The notes beneath the pieces are model-generated. The model searched no databases. It saw only the letters and a program-made list of their open reading frames with translations, and was not told the DNA's origin. Source: Conidiobolus incongruus B7586 (lineage: Eukaryota). Taken from it: a stretch of DNA of 42,933 nucleotides. How positions within the stretch are numbered: the first letter of the stretch is position 1; every line of letters starts with the position of its first letter. The translations under genes and the position numbers were made by a program. The stretch covers positions 1 through 42,933 of the forward strand of contig JNEM01009931.1 of assembly GCA_000697335.1 (NCBI GenBank), read 5' to 3'. Shown piece after piece: positions 1-11,943 of the stretch.

Positions 1-587
1 AATAATTATAAAATAATAAGTATTATATATTTAATATAAGGTTTTAGAGATTTTGGTATAAGAGGTTAAAAATGAAGTTAGAGGTTTCATTTTATAATTT
101 TATATTATAATTATATATATTATTTTGATCTGAGTTTTAATATAATATAATCTATATTAAATTTTATTTTTTTAATTTATTTTTAATTAATAACCTTAAT
201 ATAATATAAAAATACTTATTATTTTATATAATAATTATAAAATACATAAAGTTATAAAAACTTTTAATTAATAATAATTAAAAAAATTTACCATATCTAG
301 TAAAATCATTAGATAATAGATTATGTGATTATAATTTCTTTAAGTAATTAAAGAAGCAACTTATAAAAAAATTAATCTAAGTTTTATTTATTTAATTAAC
401 TTTAAATTTCAATCTTTGATAAAGAATTATTTTGTAAATATTAGAAGCTTGCTGAAAATATAGTAAACAGTTCTAAATTATAAAAGAGTGTTGATTTTAT
501 TTTATATAGTTATTTTTATAATTTTCATATTATAATGTCTATTTATTTTCAATATCAAAAAAGTAATATTATTCAAAACCTAAAATA
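1..587 (+). mobile_element. Degenerate mariner transposon, 3' part (diverged relative of family A), truncated by window edge
   Basis: About 220-560 aligns by eye with the 3' half of the 1594-2894 element: ttaccatatctag..ttatgtgattataat (decayed LPHP-YSPD..CDY) and the same 3' tail. Confidence 0.7.
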
Positions 588-1593
588 ATATTAGGGTAAA
601 TTTCATAAATAATTATCCCTTTTATATATATTTAATTGATTTTAACAATTGGCTATTCAATTAAACTGGAAACTTTTATATTATATAGAGTTTCTCTATC
701 TTTATATATTTTCATATTCCATTATAAAATATCATAAGAGTTAATAATAAATATCAAAATTGCTATCAATGCACTATAATTTATTTTTACAAAATATAAA
801 AATATTTTAAGATAATTCTCTAAGAATTTTAAAATATTTTATTTAGTTTCAATTTGAACACTATAATAAGGCAGGTTAGCTCAAGTATTATTATGATATG
901 CGTATAATTATAGTTAAACTAGGTAACATATTTATAGTATAACTTGTGATATTTGGGATAAATTCAAATACCAGATTAAATTTAAATAATATTAAAATTT
1001 TCATTCTTATTATCATTTTATATTAAAATTAATATATGAATTTTTGATATCTTTGTATAATATCTAATTAATATTTTTCCAACAAAGAATCAACCAAGCA
1101 AAAATTCAGTTTGATTTATTTAGTTTATTATTATAAAAATTTTTCTACTGAATCTAAATATCTTTAGTTTAGTTTATAATATTTAATTATAATATTAATA
1201 TAACCTAATCTGACAAGGTTATAATGATATTATATATTTTGCTAATAAATAGTATAACTGAAGATATATTAGACTATATCTTGATTTTTTAATTATTTTA
1301 TATCTTTAATATTCTAAATAGATCTGTTAAAACAATAGACAAAATACCAGTGATTTGATTAATATATATTATAAAACAATTAAATTATAAGATAATAATA
1401 AGAACTGCCAGTTTAAAATATTCATTTGTAGAATTTTAAAAAATATATTTATAATATATATATCAGTATAATTAATTATTAATGTATTATTTAAATGGAT
1501 GTTACCTCTTATAATTTTCAAAACTAGTATTAAGCAGTTAATATCTATCATTATTTAAAAAAATTATATAAATATAAAGTTATGATAATATTA

Positions 1594-2894
1594 CCATAGA
1601 ATCAAAAAAATGGGAAATTTTTTTATTTCTGATTTTTAAAAAATATTATTTATTTTGAAAAAAATATATATAAAACAAATAGGAAAATAAATAGTTTTCA
1701 ATTATATATATATATATAATAATTTTTTTGATTAAAAAATTTATTTTTTAAAATTGATTGTTTAATTTAATCAAGCTTAAACCAAATAATAACCATCAAA
1801 AGTTTTTTATTTTAGTATTAGTAAAACTTAACCATAAACCCTTTAAAATCATTTAATATTTACAAACAGCTATTAGTAATAAAATATTATCTAAATCAAC
1901 AATATATTACTAGGTAGATTACTTTAAAGCTAAAAAAAAAACTACCTAAAACTTGTTAAAATCTAAAAGACTAATTTCAACTATTACTCTTTTAATTGTT
2001 AATAAAGTAAAAAATTATATTGAAAAATACCCTTTTATTTCAACTAAAGAATTATCAAGATATTTTAATATTAGTTATATAAGTATTTTATATATATTAA
2101 AGATTAAATTAAAATTAATTAATAAAAATATAAAATAAATAATATATAATTTAACTAAAGCTTAAAAAAAGCTAGAGTTGCTATTATTAAATAAAACTTA
2201 TTAAGATATAGCTAGAAACCAAAGCTTTTATAGTGAATTATTATAATTAATGAATTTTAAATTCTTTTATATAATCTTTTGTTAAAACATAAATCAAAGT
2301 GTTAGATTAAGTTAAATCAACCTCCTCTATAAATTCCTTTAAATAAATACTTTATTAATAAATAAATGTTAATTGTTGTAATAAATTATAATAGCATATT
2401 CTATTCTTATTTAATTTTTAAAGGAAAATTAATTAATAGTAAACTTTATATTTTTTTTAAATAAAATTATTTTTAATTGGTATTCTTAATATAATTTAAA
2501 AAATCTACTATCTTATATAATAATTATAAAATATATAAATCTAAAGTTGTAAAAAACTTTCTAATTAAAAATAACTGGAAAAAACTACCATATCTAGTAT
2601 ATTCTTTAAATTATAACCTATGTGATTATAATTGTTTTAGGCAATTAAAAAACTAACTTATAAGAAAGAAAATTTTTGCAAAAAAATTTAATTGGTTTGT
2701 AAAACATTAAATTTCAGTCATTAATAAAAAGAACTATTTTTTAGGTGTTAGATCTTTGCCAAAAGTATAGCAAAAAGTTATTAAAAACAAAGGAAATTAT
2801 TAATTCTATATTATATATTTATTTTTACTTTCTATATATTAAAATGTTTATTTTTTTTCAATTGCAAAAAATTCCCATTATTTAAATTACAAAG
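1594..2894 (+). mobile_element. Mariner DNA transposon (DD34D), family A, full length but pseudogenised
   Basis: About 1.3 kb with imperfect TIRs: TA-CCATAGAATCAAAAAAATGGGAA on the left, TA-CTTTGTAATTTAAATAATGGGAA on the right (revcomp), both TA-flanked. ORF 1953-2138 is the HTH region. Decayed catalytic motifs IIDE (~2245), LHDN (2513-2524) and WKKLPH..YS.D.N.CDY (2577-2629); 34 codons lie between the last two Asp positions. Confidence 0.9.
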
Positions 2895-3250
2895 TAGTAG
2901 TTCAAATATCATTAAATATTTTCACAATACAACAAATGAGAACAATAGCATAATTGTTGATGGCAAATGAAAATCATAAGGTCATATACTTATATCATAA
3001 TCTAAGAGTTTTTCAGTTCAATAATTTTTGTAGTTTAAAATTTGAAATAACTAGATATTATTTTCACCTTTTTGTCATAAATATACAGAAATAAATTTTG
3101 ATGCATTATAGTACATTTAATATAAAAAACCTTTTAAAATTTCACGAAAATAAATATCAAAAACCAAATACTTTAATATTTAAATTTTGCAAAATATATC
3201 TATATATTATAGGAGTTATTATTAAGTATTAACTGTTTATTGAAAATACA

Positions 3251-3458
3251 TGACATGAATTAAAAGGCTATGTAGTATTTATCTTGATAATGATCAATAT
3301 GAAATTGATTATACTTAGTTTGATTAAGGTTTTTCGATTTGAAGGAAAATGTCTTCGAAAACTCGGCTATATTGATGTTAGAATACTGGTTTCATGTATA
3401 GTATTGTTCAATAGATAGCCTGAAAAGAGTTATAATTTGGGATCTGGGATTCATGTCA
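3251..3458. mobile_element. Candidate solo LTR or MITE with 10-bp terminal inverted repeats
   Basis: TGACATGAAT (3251-3260) and ATTCATGTCA (3449-3458) are perfect inverted repeats with TG..CA ends. No clean TSD; single copy in window. Confidence 0.4.
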
Positions 3459-3712
3459 AATAGGAAATCAGGAGAGTTCATTAATAAAATGGTGTTAACG
3501 GATTGAAAAAAACGTAATCAGTTAGCATTAAGTTAGTTTTTCAAATCACAAAATTTAGTTCAATATTTTTTTTGGATACTAAAGTCAACATCCAACGAAG
3601 TAGTGTTTTAATGGTAACGAATATTCGGTTTTAAAATATATTTACTAATATATTTAAATATTTCGAACCTAATTACCAAAGAAATTACAGAAGATATTAC
3701 AATAATAGTCAT

Positions 3713-4018
3713 CGTTACCTAGCTGATTTCAATTGGAATTGGGGATATGAGATTGATATTTTTACCTTCATATTAATTAGATTAAAGAATACAATTTATA
3801 GATAATAATAGGGCAAAGAGGTTCTTCATAATCCAAGTTAACTGCCGACAACCCGATACTATTCTGATCTTTCAAATCAACATGATTAATGAAAATATAC
3901 TTTTTCATGAGTATCGAATCATGGTGACCAGTCTCAAAGTAATCTCCAACAAACCTTGGAGGTATACTATTCTTCCATCTCCATTTTCAGTTACCCATAT
4001 TTTGTATTCCAAGTAACA
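3713..4018. mobile_element. Candidate solo LTR
   Basis: GC-richer block bounded by cgttacctag...ccaagtaaca (imperfect TGTTAC/GTAACA ends). No TSD seen. Confidence 0.3.
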
Positions 4019-4263
4019 ATTCAAATCCATATATTGAATTTTCCAGATCTGTCGGGCTATACACATACAGTTTATGATAATAATAAATAATAGAGAAGGG
4101 AGTTTTAGGTTTTGTTGACTGATTATCTACTTCATTATTTTCAATTGATTGATTACTTTTTTCTTCTACTTAATATTGAATTACAAATCAAGTTAAAAAT
4201 TTATAAAATTCTAGATTAATATCCAAGGAAGATGATTGATTTGTACAACTGGTTGTTTTATAT

Positions 4264-4589
4264 TGAAAATCTGGAAAGTAGCACTGCAATACTGATCAAG
4301 TAGATTCGTTAATATGAGCCAAAGGTGGATAGGGAGATATTTCAAGGGGTTTCATTAAAATATCTAGATGTGGGGCTTGGCCCCAATCGAAATGATCACC
4401 AAGCAAATATGTACTCAGTAGTGATTATATAATGTTGTTAGACCTCATGTCAATGTGTTGAAACATTGATTGTAATTGTTTGGAATTTCACATTATATAA
4501 GGATTATGAATGGTACTTGTGTCGGTTATATTCAAAATAATGACAGATGGTTTAAGTTGAATTGCGAACGGACCTCCTGATCAGCGACA
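4264..4589. mobile_element. Solo LTR, family B (copy 1)
   Basis: Homologous to 11557-11890 (ctggaaagtag, ttaaaatatc..gggcttggccc, ggacctcc.gatc.gcgaca). TG..CA ends; flanks ATAT/ATAA. Confidence 0.7.
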
Positions 4590-4718
4590 ATAAGCAATAT
4601 ATTTCATTTTTCAAGGAATTAGATTATATATATTTTCTAATTTTCTCATCAAACGTTCTGGTTTTACAACAATTATGAATGGATTTTACCAAATATGTCA
4701 ATATTGAATTAAATATAA

Positions 4719-5051
4719 TGTCACGAGCCAGGTGACACCTTTCTACACGAGTATTCTTACATCAACCTAAGGCTAAAGTCATTTCCCCCTCGCATACCAT
4801 CTGCTCCCACTCTATCTTTTAATTGACCGATGATGCAAGTCATCGGAGAATCTCATGAATCACCTTACCCAACCCATTCTATTTAAAATCCGAAATTAGA
4901 GCTATCCTCAGAACGAAGAGTTCGATCTGGGTCCTTCCAGCTATTTGACTTAAACCAGTAAACCCCTATCTCCTTAATACTTACCTGGAATTCCAGAGAT
5001 CTCTCTCTTATATTTAAACTACTCTGGACACGGCTTTCCCAAGACGTGTTA
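4719..5051. mobile_element. Solo LTR, family A (copy 1)
   Basis: 333 bp, colinear and highly similar to 26323-26655. Ends TGTCA...GTGTTA; 4-bp TSD ATAA/ATAA. Confidence 0.8.
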
Positions 5052-5754
5052 ATAAGTTTGCATTTTAACATGAGTTGGAAAAATCATTTGATGTTATAAT
5101 TGAAATCTAAATTCTGACTTAATCGACAATATACTCATTTCCATAACAAAATTTATATAAGGATATAAAAAATTACCAATATATATCAATTATGATATAA
5201 AATATTTATTAAAACATCTCTGCGAATAAAATTATGATGGAAAATTATGTTATAAAGCTTATGTGAACGAAATTTTGAAGAAAATAAAATATATATTGAT
5301 TCATAATCTAGTAATAAAAGTGATTCTGAATATCATAATGATCATTTGGATAACCGACACTCGAAACTCTGAACCTGGTCCAATGGAATAAACATAATAA
5401 TGAAATAAGGTATTAATAAATATCCTCCCCATTCTATTTCTAATATATATATTCTTTTAATCTCTAAACTTTTCTGAAAAAATTCACAATCATATGATTA
5501 TTTGAATTTAATTTATTTGGTGACAAGATTGAGAATTATTATTTAAAAACTTACATATACAAATTTTTTATGTAACAACAGTTATATAAAAATTTAAATA
5601 AAATTCCTGAAATAACCCTTGATCTTAACTGTTATCCCTCATTTTGGCAACTCTATATTTAAGCTTCATATATAAATATATATATATATATTAGATTATG
5701 AAATAAATTTCATGATAAGTATTTTCGCATAATGATTATATAACTTAGTGATAT

Positions 5755-6098
5755 TGTTGTATTTCAGAATGAACCTCCCATCCTAGTTTGATAATTAAAC
5801 CAATATTATTTCTATTTTAAGCTGGCTTTGTTAGTCTATAATTAAAAGATACTCTTTGTTCTCTTTGTCCTCTTTGTTAGTTTTTTACCAAACCACACAT
5901 CCTTCATTGAATCAACTATTTAAATCCAAAAGTGATAAAGATAGAGAAGAAGATTATTTTTTCTGAATATTCTGCACAATGTCTCAACAGTAAGTTTTAA
6001 GACATACAGTTTCAACATGTTAAAGAGTAAGATTAATAAATAATCTACTAAATCATATTACAAGTACTTTTCTAACAACAATCTTTAATTATAAAACT
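5755..6098. mobile_element. Solo LTR-like repeat, family C (copy 1)
   Basis: Reverse-complement homolog of 12592-12931 (e.g. acaatgtctcaacagtaagt.ttaagacatacagtttcaa). Starts TGTTGTA. Confidence 0.65.
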
Positions 6099-6705
6099 TA
6101 TTATGAATAAATAATATTTAAAATTATTGAATTTGATTTAATTTTATTACTACACCTGATTAAAAATATTTGCATGTTTCAAGTTGAAAAATCTGAAATT
6201 AAAATCCTGAAGAATAACCATCTTTGAATTATCATAATAATGTAGTTTATTTTTGATATAATTATTTTATTAAAAGAAGATAATATAGGTGAATTTTTTA
6301 ATATTTTGTAATTTTATTATTAAGCAATTTGGTTTCAAAATTTCTTTCAGAATTTCTAAATAATTTGAGAGGTACTGAATAATGCCATTAATAATTGTAA
6401 TGCTAAAAGTAAGTAAAATTTATATAATTTATTCAAAAAATAATAACTCTTCTAATAATTCATAGTTATTTAATATATACTAATAAACCATCGATATTAA
6501 ATTAAATGTATATTAATAATTCTGAGATTTTCATTAGAATAGATAAAAAATTATAGATTCGAAATAAAGTCAATCTCAGATAGTAAGTGAATATGATTTT
6601 GGAAATTTCAATAATAGTAAATTTCAATGAACACCTTTTTAAAAATATCAAAACATTATAAAACTCTCGTTTTGCCCTTTGTTTTAATTATAATTGTTTT
6701 TCTAG

Positions 6706-7220
6706 TGTCATGTGCTCGACAATGCTGGAAAGGGTCAAGGTGGTCAATTCACTGACCTCTTGAGTAGAAAGTACGTCCAAGACAAGCCGAATGAGCCGAG
6801 ACGTATACATGGCTAGCTGGGTAGCGAGCATGGTGGATAAGGTTGGGAATAGGTCACTATACAGGGGTCAATGGTGATAAATAGATATAAATTTATTTCA
6901 ACCAAGTTTGGGGAATCAAGTTAATAAACTAAATCAGAATAAATTTGTTTTTAATAATGATTTTATTGATGATTTAGTATTGAACCACAGCTATAGAACC
7001 TAGATTTGACCAAGCATCCAACTAACTTTTTTAGCTCTGGTGATACTCTATGTTCTTTTATTGGAACCTACGAGCTCACAGGTGCATTTATCATTGTGGG
7101 GCTCACAGTATGAATTTCACAGAGGACATGGTTCCCAGCTCGCTCTGTCAGCTATTTTTGGAGAGTGGTTCTCACCAGGCAGGCGTGATCCAATACGTTG
7201 CCAATTAGATAATCTTCACA
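6706..7220. mobile_element. Candidate solo LTR
   Basis: Sharp GC-rich non-coding island, TGTCA...CACA. Flanks TCTAG/CCTAT match only partly; single copy. Confidence 0.4.
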
Positions 7221-7536
7221 CCTATGTATAATAATTTCTATAGATTTCATTTATTTTAAAATCGTCACAAAAAATTTCATAACTTTGCGAATATTATATA
7301 ATGATATATTTTGCTTGAACCTATTTATAAAAATATGTTGTTTCTTAATATAATAAAGTCCAAAGTCTATTTGAAAAAAATTAAGTTCAAATATTTTACC
7401 CAAATTTTTTGAAGATTTAATTTTTGCAAGATACCTGCATACTAAATAGATTTACAATAAAATAATCTATGAATTTATAATTTAAATATATATTTTATTA
7501 TAAAAGATTAATTATTGAATATAATATCAGTAAATT

Positions 7537-7538
<2 letters not shown>

Positions 7539-7570
<32 letters not shown>
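7539..7570. repeat. (AT)16 microsatellite
   Basis: Read directly. Other (AT)n tracts at ~7994-8018, 20768-20789, ~29377-29399 and 30574-30605. Confidence 0.9.
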
Positions 7571-7573
<3 letters not shown>

Positions 7574-8386
7574 TTTGAAATTTGAAGTTTTATTGATTCA
7601 AGTATATAATTAATTTACACTGGTATCAAATTTCAAATATATATTTTGGATTTAATGATTACATACAAATCAATTGAATTTGATTTTTTATTTGATTAAA
7701 TTTGGAGATGGGTCATGATTATAGTTGAATATTAGACTCAGATTTTGAATAAGATTATGTATAATATCATTTGAGGTTAAAAATAATTTGATATATAATA
7801 ACGTCTATTTAATTCTATAGTTTAAATTTTATTCTATTATAACATATTTATCCATAATCAGAATATGACTTTAATATAAGCTATATCATTTGAAATGTAT
7901 GACTTAGAATGAAACTATTTGATTTTTGTAGTTAGATTTTAGATATCATAATATGAAATATATAAATTTACATAACTCAAAAATTATTATTTGATATATA
8001 TATATATATATATATATAAAGAAATAGATGGATGAAAAATTGATAAATATATATTATTAAATAAATATATTGTTTAGGAAGATCCTCTAAGTTATATTTT
8101 GAAAAAAATTATATATTCTCATTTAAAGTTTTGAAATAATAAATTCTGAAATATTAATATAGTCTAGAAATAATTAGTTAAAAAGTATTAACGTAATATA
8201 AAATGGCATATCAAATACATCTGGAAATAACATATAATTAATTTTACTTTATAATCAACAATTGTATACTTTTATTAAAAAATAAATAATATTTAATATA
8301 AACGACTATTCAATATTGAAAGTATCTAAATAAAAATTATAAACAGTAAATACTATATAAAATAATTTAGTGCTTGAATTATTATT

Positions 8387-9952
8387 TTAAGATTGATCTG
8401 GCTCAATATTAGACCTGGAAAATATTTTAGTTTCAAATTTGATATCAGTATCATATTGAAAACTAGGCATATTTGTAAATAAATAAGTTTGAACAGGTTG
8501 AAATGTATATGATGAGTTGTTTTGTGGATTATTAACTACTCTAACATCTACTGAATGTATTTTCTCAATATTGGGATTTGGATCTGACCAAATATCTTGT
8601 ATATGACGCCTCTTTAAAAATATAAATTTTGATCTCCTTCTCCAACAATATCTAATAATATAGATAAGAATCGCCAGGAATAGTAAAGAACTCAAAACAA
8701 TGATAACAGTGATTGAGACCCATTCTGATTCCCAATCACGCATGTATTGACCTTTATATTGATTAGGTTCAGAATAAACCGATTCTGGAAATTTAATATA
8801 TTCGACAAACTCCTCCAAATCTAAATCAATAGCTATAAATCCAGTCATGGTCCCATAAAATCTATATATGTTGTTTAATATCATATATTTTCCTATCAAA
8901 ATTGAATCAGCATCTGTTTCATTGATGGTTTTATCAGAGGATACTGAGGGTGTAAGTTTCTTCCATCTCCAATTCCAGGTATTAATATCTAGAATGCCCA
9001 AATAAGGTTGGAAACCAATTTTGCCATCATTCATATGAATACCACCATATACATATATTTTATCTTCACGATAAACAGCAGAAAAAGAGTAATGACCTGT
9101 TGACTCTAAAACAACTTGATTGTCTTGATTAAACTGAGTCTCCTTATACTCGAACTTTTGGTTATCAATATCAAATATTAATATCTTTTTAAAATCAATT
9201 AATTCAGGGTTAACAGCAGAAAAAGGAGTTGATAAGGAATAATTAGATGTCCTATATCCGCCAAGAAAAACTAATTTATGATTGTCAATATTAAGCATTT
9301 GGTGTCCAGCAAATGGCCTGAAGTCTTTTGGCAGCAAACGAGACAAATCTGACCACTCGTTAGAAGAGAAATTAAATCGGCAAAAACTTTTAATGATTAC
9401 CGCTGTTTTTTCCTGTCGAAGATATTTAGCACCTCCAAAAACATAAAAAATGTCTCCACTCGGTGAATTTCCTTTTTTCCCGGCATCTATCAAAGCTAAG
9501 CTATAATCGAAATCGGGAAAATTTTCAAAGGATGGTCCAGTTATACTAGAGTATTCTGATAATTTAAGCCTCTCACCAGACATTTCTATTTTAGTAAATC
9601 TATATTTTCTATTAAATTCAAAATCTAAATACCCATATCGAATAGACCCAAGCATATAAGTAATCTTTCTAGATTTAAGAGGTCCAGATGGATTTAAAAA
9701 CTGATAATCAAACATTTGTTTAGAGGGATCCTCGAAATAATGAGGTATTGCTTCTATGCCAAGCAATGATGTTTTTCCATTAATCAAAGGATAATAATTC
9801 AAGGCATGTCCTTTTGAAGCCATATTTGGATTGTAAATCACTAAATTATTATTTAAAATAGTTGCACTTTTAATTGGAACTAGATTGATTGAAGGTCCTG
9901 ACGCCCCATAATTTAAAATAAATAATATATTTATGTTAAAATTTATTTTCAT
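8387..9952 (-). CDS. Kelch/galactose-oxidase-like beta-propeller protein with C-terminal transmembrane helix (probable type I membrane protein)
   Basis: Intronless ORF; first ATG at 9952 (the ORF track opens at 9964). Kelch-type motifs FYVFGG..W, VFLGG, IYVYGG..W.W. TM segment WVSITVIIVLSSLLFLAILIYII is followed by basic RYCWRRR. N-terminus is only weakly signal-like. Confidence 0.8.
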   Translation of the reverse strand: MKINFNINILFILNYGASGPSINLVPIKSATILNNNLVIYNPNMASKGHALNYYPLINGKTSLLGIEAIPHYFEDPSKQMFDYQFLNPSGPLKSRKITYMLGSIRYGYLDFEFNRKYRFTKIEMSGERLKLSEYSSITGPSFENFPDFDYSLALIDAGKKGNSPSGDIFYVFGGAKYLRQEKTAVIIKSFCRFNFSSNEWSDLSRLLPKDFRPFAGHQMLNIDNHKLVFLGGYRTSNYSLSTPFSAVNPELIDFKKILIFDIDNQKFEYKETQFNQDNQVVLESTGHYSFSAVYREDKIYVYGGIHMNDGKIGFQPYLGILDINTWNWRWKKLTPSVSSDKTINETDADSILIGKYMILNNIYRFYGTMTGFIAIDLDLEEFVEYIKFPESVYSEPNQYKGQYMRDWESEWVSITVIIVLSSLLFLAILIYIIRYCWRRRSKFIFLKRRHIQDIWSDPNPNIEKIHSVDVRVVNNPQNNSSYTFQPVQTYLFTNMPSFQYDTDIKFETKIFSRSNIEPDQS

Positions 9953-11556
9953 TTTAAAGAACAATTGTTAAATTCTAACGGATATTACCTTTATATACTG
10001 ATTTGTTTGAAATCAAGAAAAACTGGAATTTTTATTATTCAGGTTGGAGCAAAATTAATTTTATATGAGTAAACAGGTATTGATGAGAGAATTTAAATAA
10101 TTAAAAAATATCATTTATAATTCGTAAAAACTGACAGAATATATTTTTCAATATTATTTTAAAATATTGTAATATTTACAGATCAAAACTTTCAAACTAA
10201 ATTGAATAATAATTACTATCCTTGCTATTTTACAGATTGTCAATTTTATTTATTATTATTTTTTGTTTTCTTGCATATCCACCACATCCCCAAATTCCAT
10301 TATTTCATCCAATTATTTAAATGCCCAAAAAATTGCTTATAATAGTTGTAATTTTCCTGAATCAAACCCCTAAAGAATTTGACATGAATAAAACATTAAG
10401 CTCTATGTTATAGCTTTGACATGGATTGTTTTGATTGATTCGGACGAAGATATAATCAATGTCAGTTGTATATATTGAAAATATATTACACTAACTGTAA
10501 TCAAATATATGAGATTCACTTTGTCAAAAGACGGTGTTACACTTTGTGGATATGGACATTAAGTGAAATGATTATATACACAGCTGAATTTCAATTAGAA
10601 ATCTATTATATATTTCAATGTCAACAATAAATATTTAGTAGTAACTAAATATTTGATTGACATTGCCTTGAATTTAAAGATAGCTATATAAAAATTCAAT
10701 GGCTCGAAACATTTGAATGTTTTTATTAATATTTATTTATAAAACACTACTATTAATTTAAAAAACAAATTTACAAAGGTTATATTAAATTGGAATATAT
10801 AGTAAGATTAGTAGAATTAAAGATTTCATTCCTATTATAAAATGAATGGAGATCTTTTATTTTTCCAAGTAAAAAGCCAATGATATTTCAGATAATAATT
10901 AAATATTAAGTTATTTATTAAAATTTCAATTCAAGTGATAAAATTTGTGTGGAACCTTTAAATCTATTAAATATTTCTTGAATAAAATGCTTAAAAAATT
11001 GGATTGGGAGTAGTATGCTAAAAATTTATTTTGAAATGAAACTATTTTCGTACCACATATAATCTAATTTATAAGAATTTTATCATCATGTAATTTTTGT
11101 ATTTCCCGACGTTGTTATTTACAAAGTAACATGAAAAATATCTTTGATATTATATTTTTACCTTAATAATTTATAATTAGAAATCAATTGTACAAAAAAT
11201 TTTTTTGAAGTATCGGCATTTGAACATATTTTAAGATTGCTGGTGAGATCAAAAAGCATCATTGTTAGTCATGGCCCATTTATTTTCAAATTAATTTTTA
11301 CTTCGAATATTAGAGATATTATTAAGATGATAATTCATATAAATTTATAAATTGAAACACATAATATAGTAAAAAGTCAGAAAAATATTATTTCAAATAC
11401 CACCATTCATGATGTATTCTATGTCATTCATGATTTATATTTTATCTATTCATAAGAACAATACATTATAAATTATTTACACTAAAAAGTATATTTTAAA
11501 ACCATTGTCGAAAATTAATTTAAATATGGCATTTTTTAGGAAAATATAATTGATAT

Positions 11557-11890
11557 TGCAAGGCTTCTGGAAAGTAGTCTTGCGATAAAGATCACGTGAG
11601 CTCGATGAAACGGGCCAAAGACGGCTAACTAGATACTTTAGAGGAGTTTTATTAAAATATCAAGATCTAGGGCTTGGCCCTGATCGAAGTGATCCCTCAG
11701 TAAATATCTGTCCAGTGACTATTTTATAGTGTGGTTGATCCTTGGCTAATGTGTTGAGGCTCCAGCTTCTGCTATAGTCTGGAATTTTCCATTGTGCAAG
11801 GGTTGTTCCTGATATTTTTGAGTGGATTACATCTGGAATCTTAACGGACGGTTAAAATTGAAGGGCGAGCGGACCTCCCGATCCGCGACA
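11557..11890. mobile_element. Solo LTR, family B (copy 2)
   Basis: 334 bp, TG..CA, perfect 4-bp TSD ATAT (11553-11556 / 11891-11894); homolog at 4264-4589. Confidence 0.8.
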
Positions 11891-11943
11891 ATATTTATAT
11901 TTTGTATGTAATGATCAGAGAAAATTATATATAAAATATTTCA

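Noticed and set aside
1050..1551. ORF 1369-1551 and a possible Ulp1-like protease remnant (NHWYFVYC on minus strand)
   Set aside because: One short motif in very degenerate AT-rich DNA; the catalytic QxNxxDCG motif could only be forced with indels.
4883..5071. Short ORFs 4883-5071, 7040-7231, 22788-23033 and 26374-26565
   Set aside because: They fall inside solo-LTR-like elements and are not conserved as ORFs between repeat copies where a second copy exists.
10380..10623. Block starting TGACATGAAT like the 3251 element
   Set aside because: No convincing internal homology or TSD.
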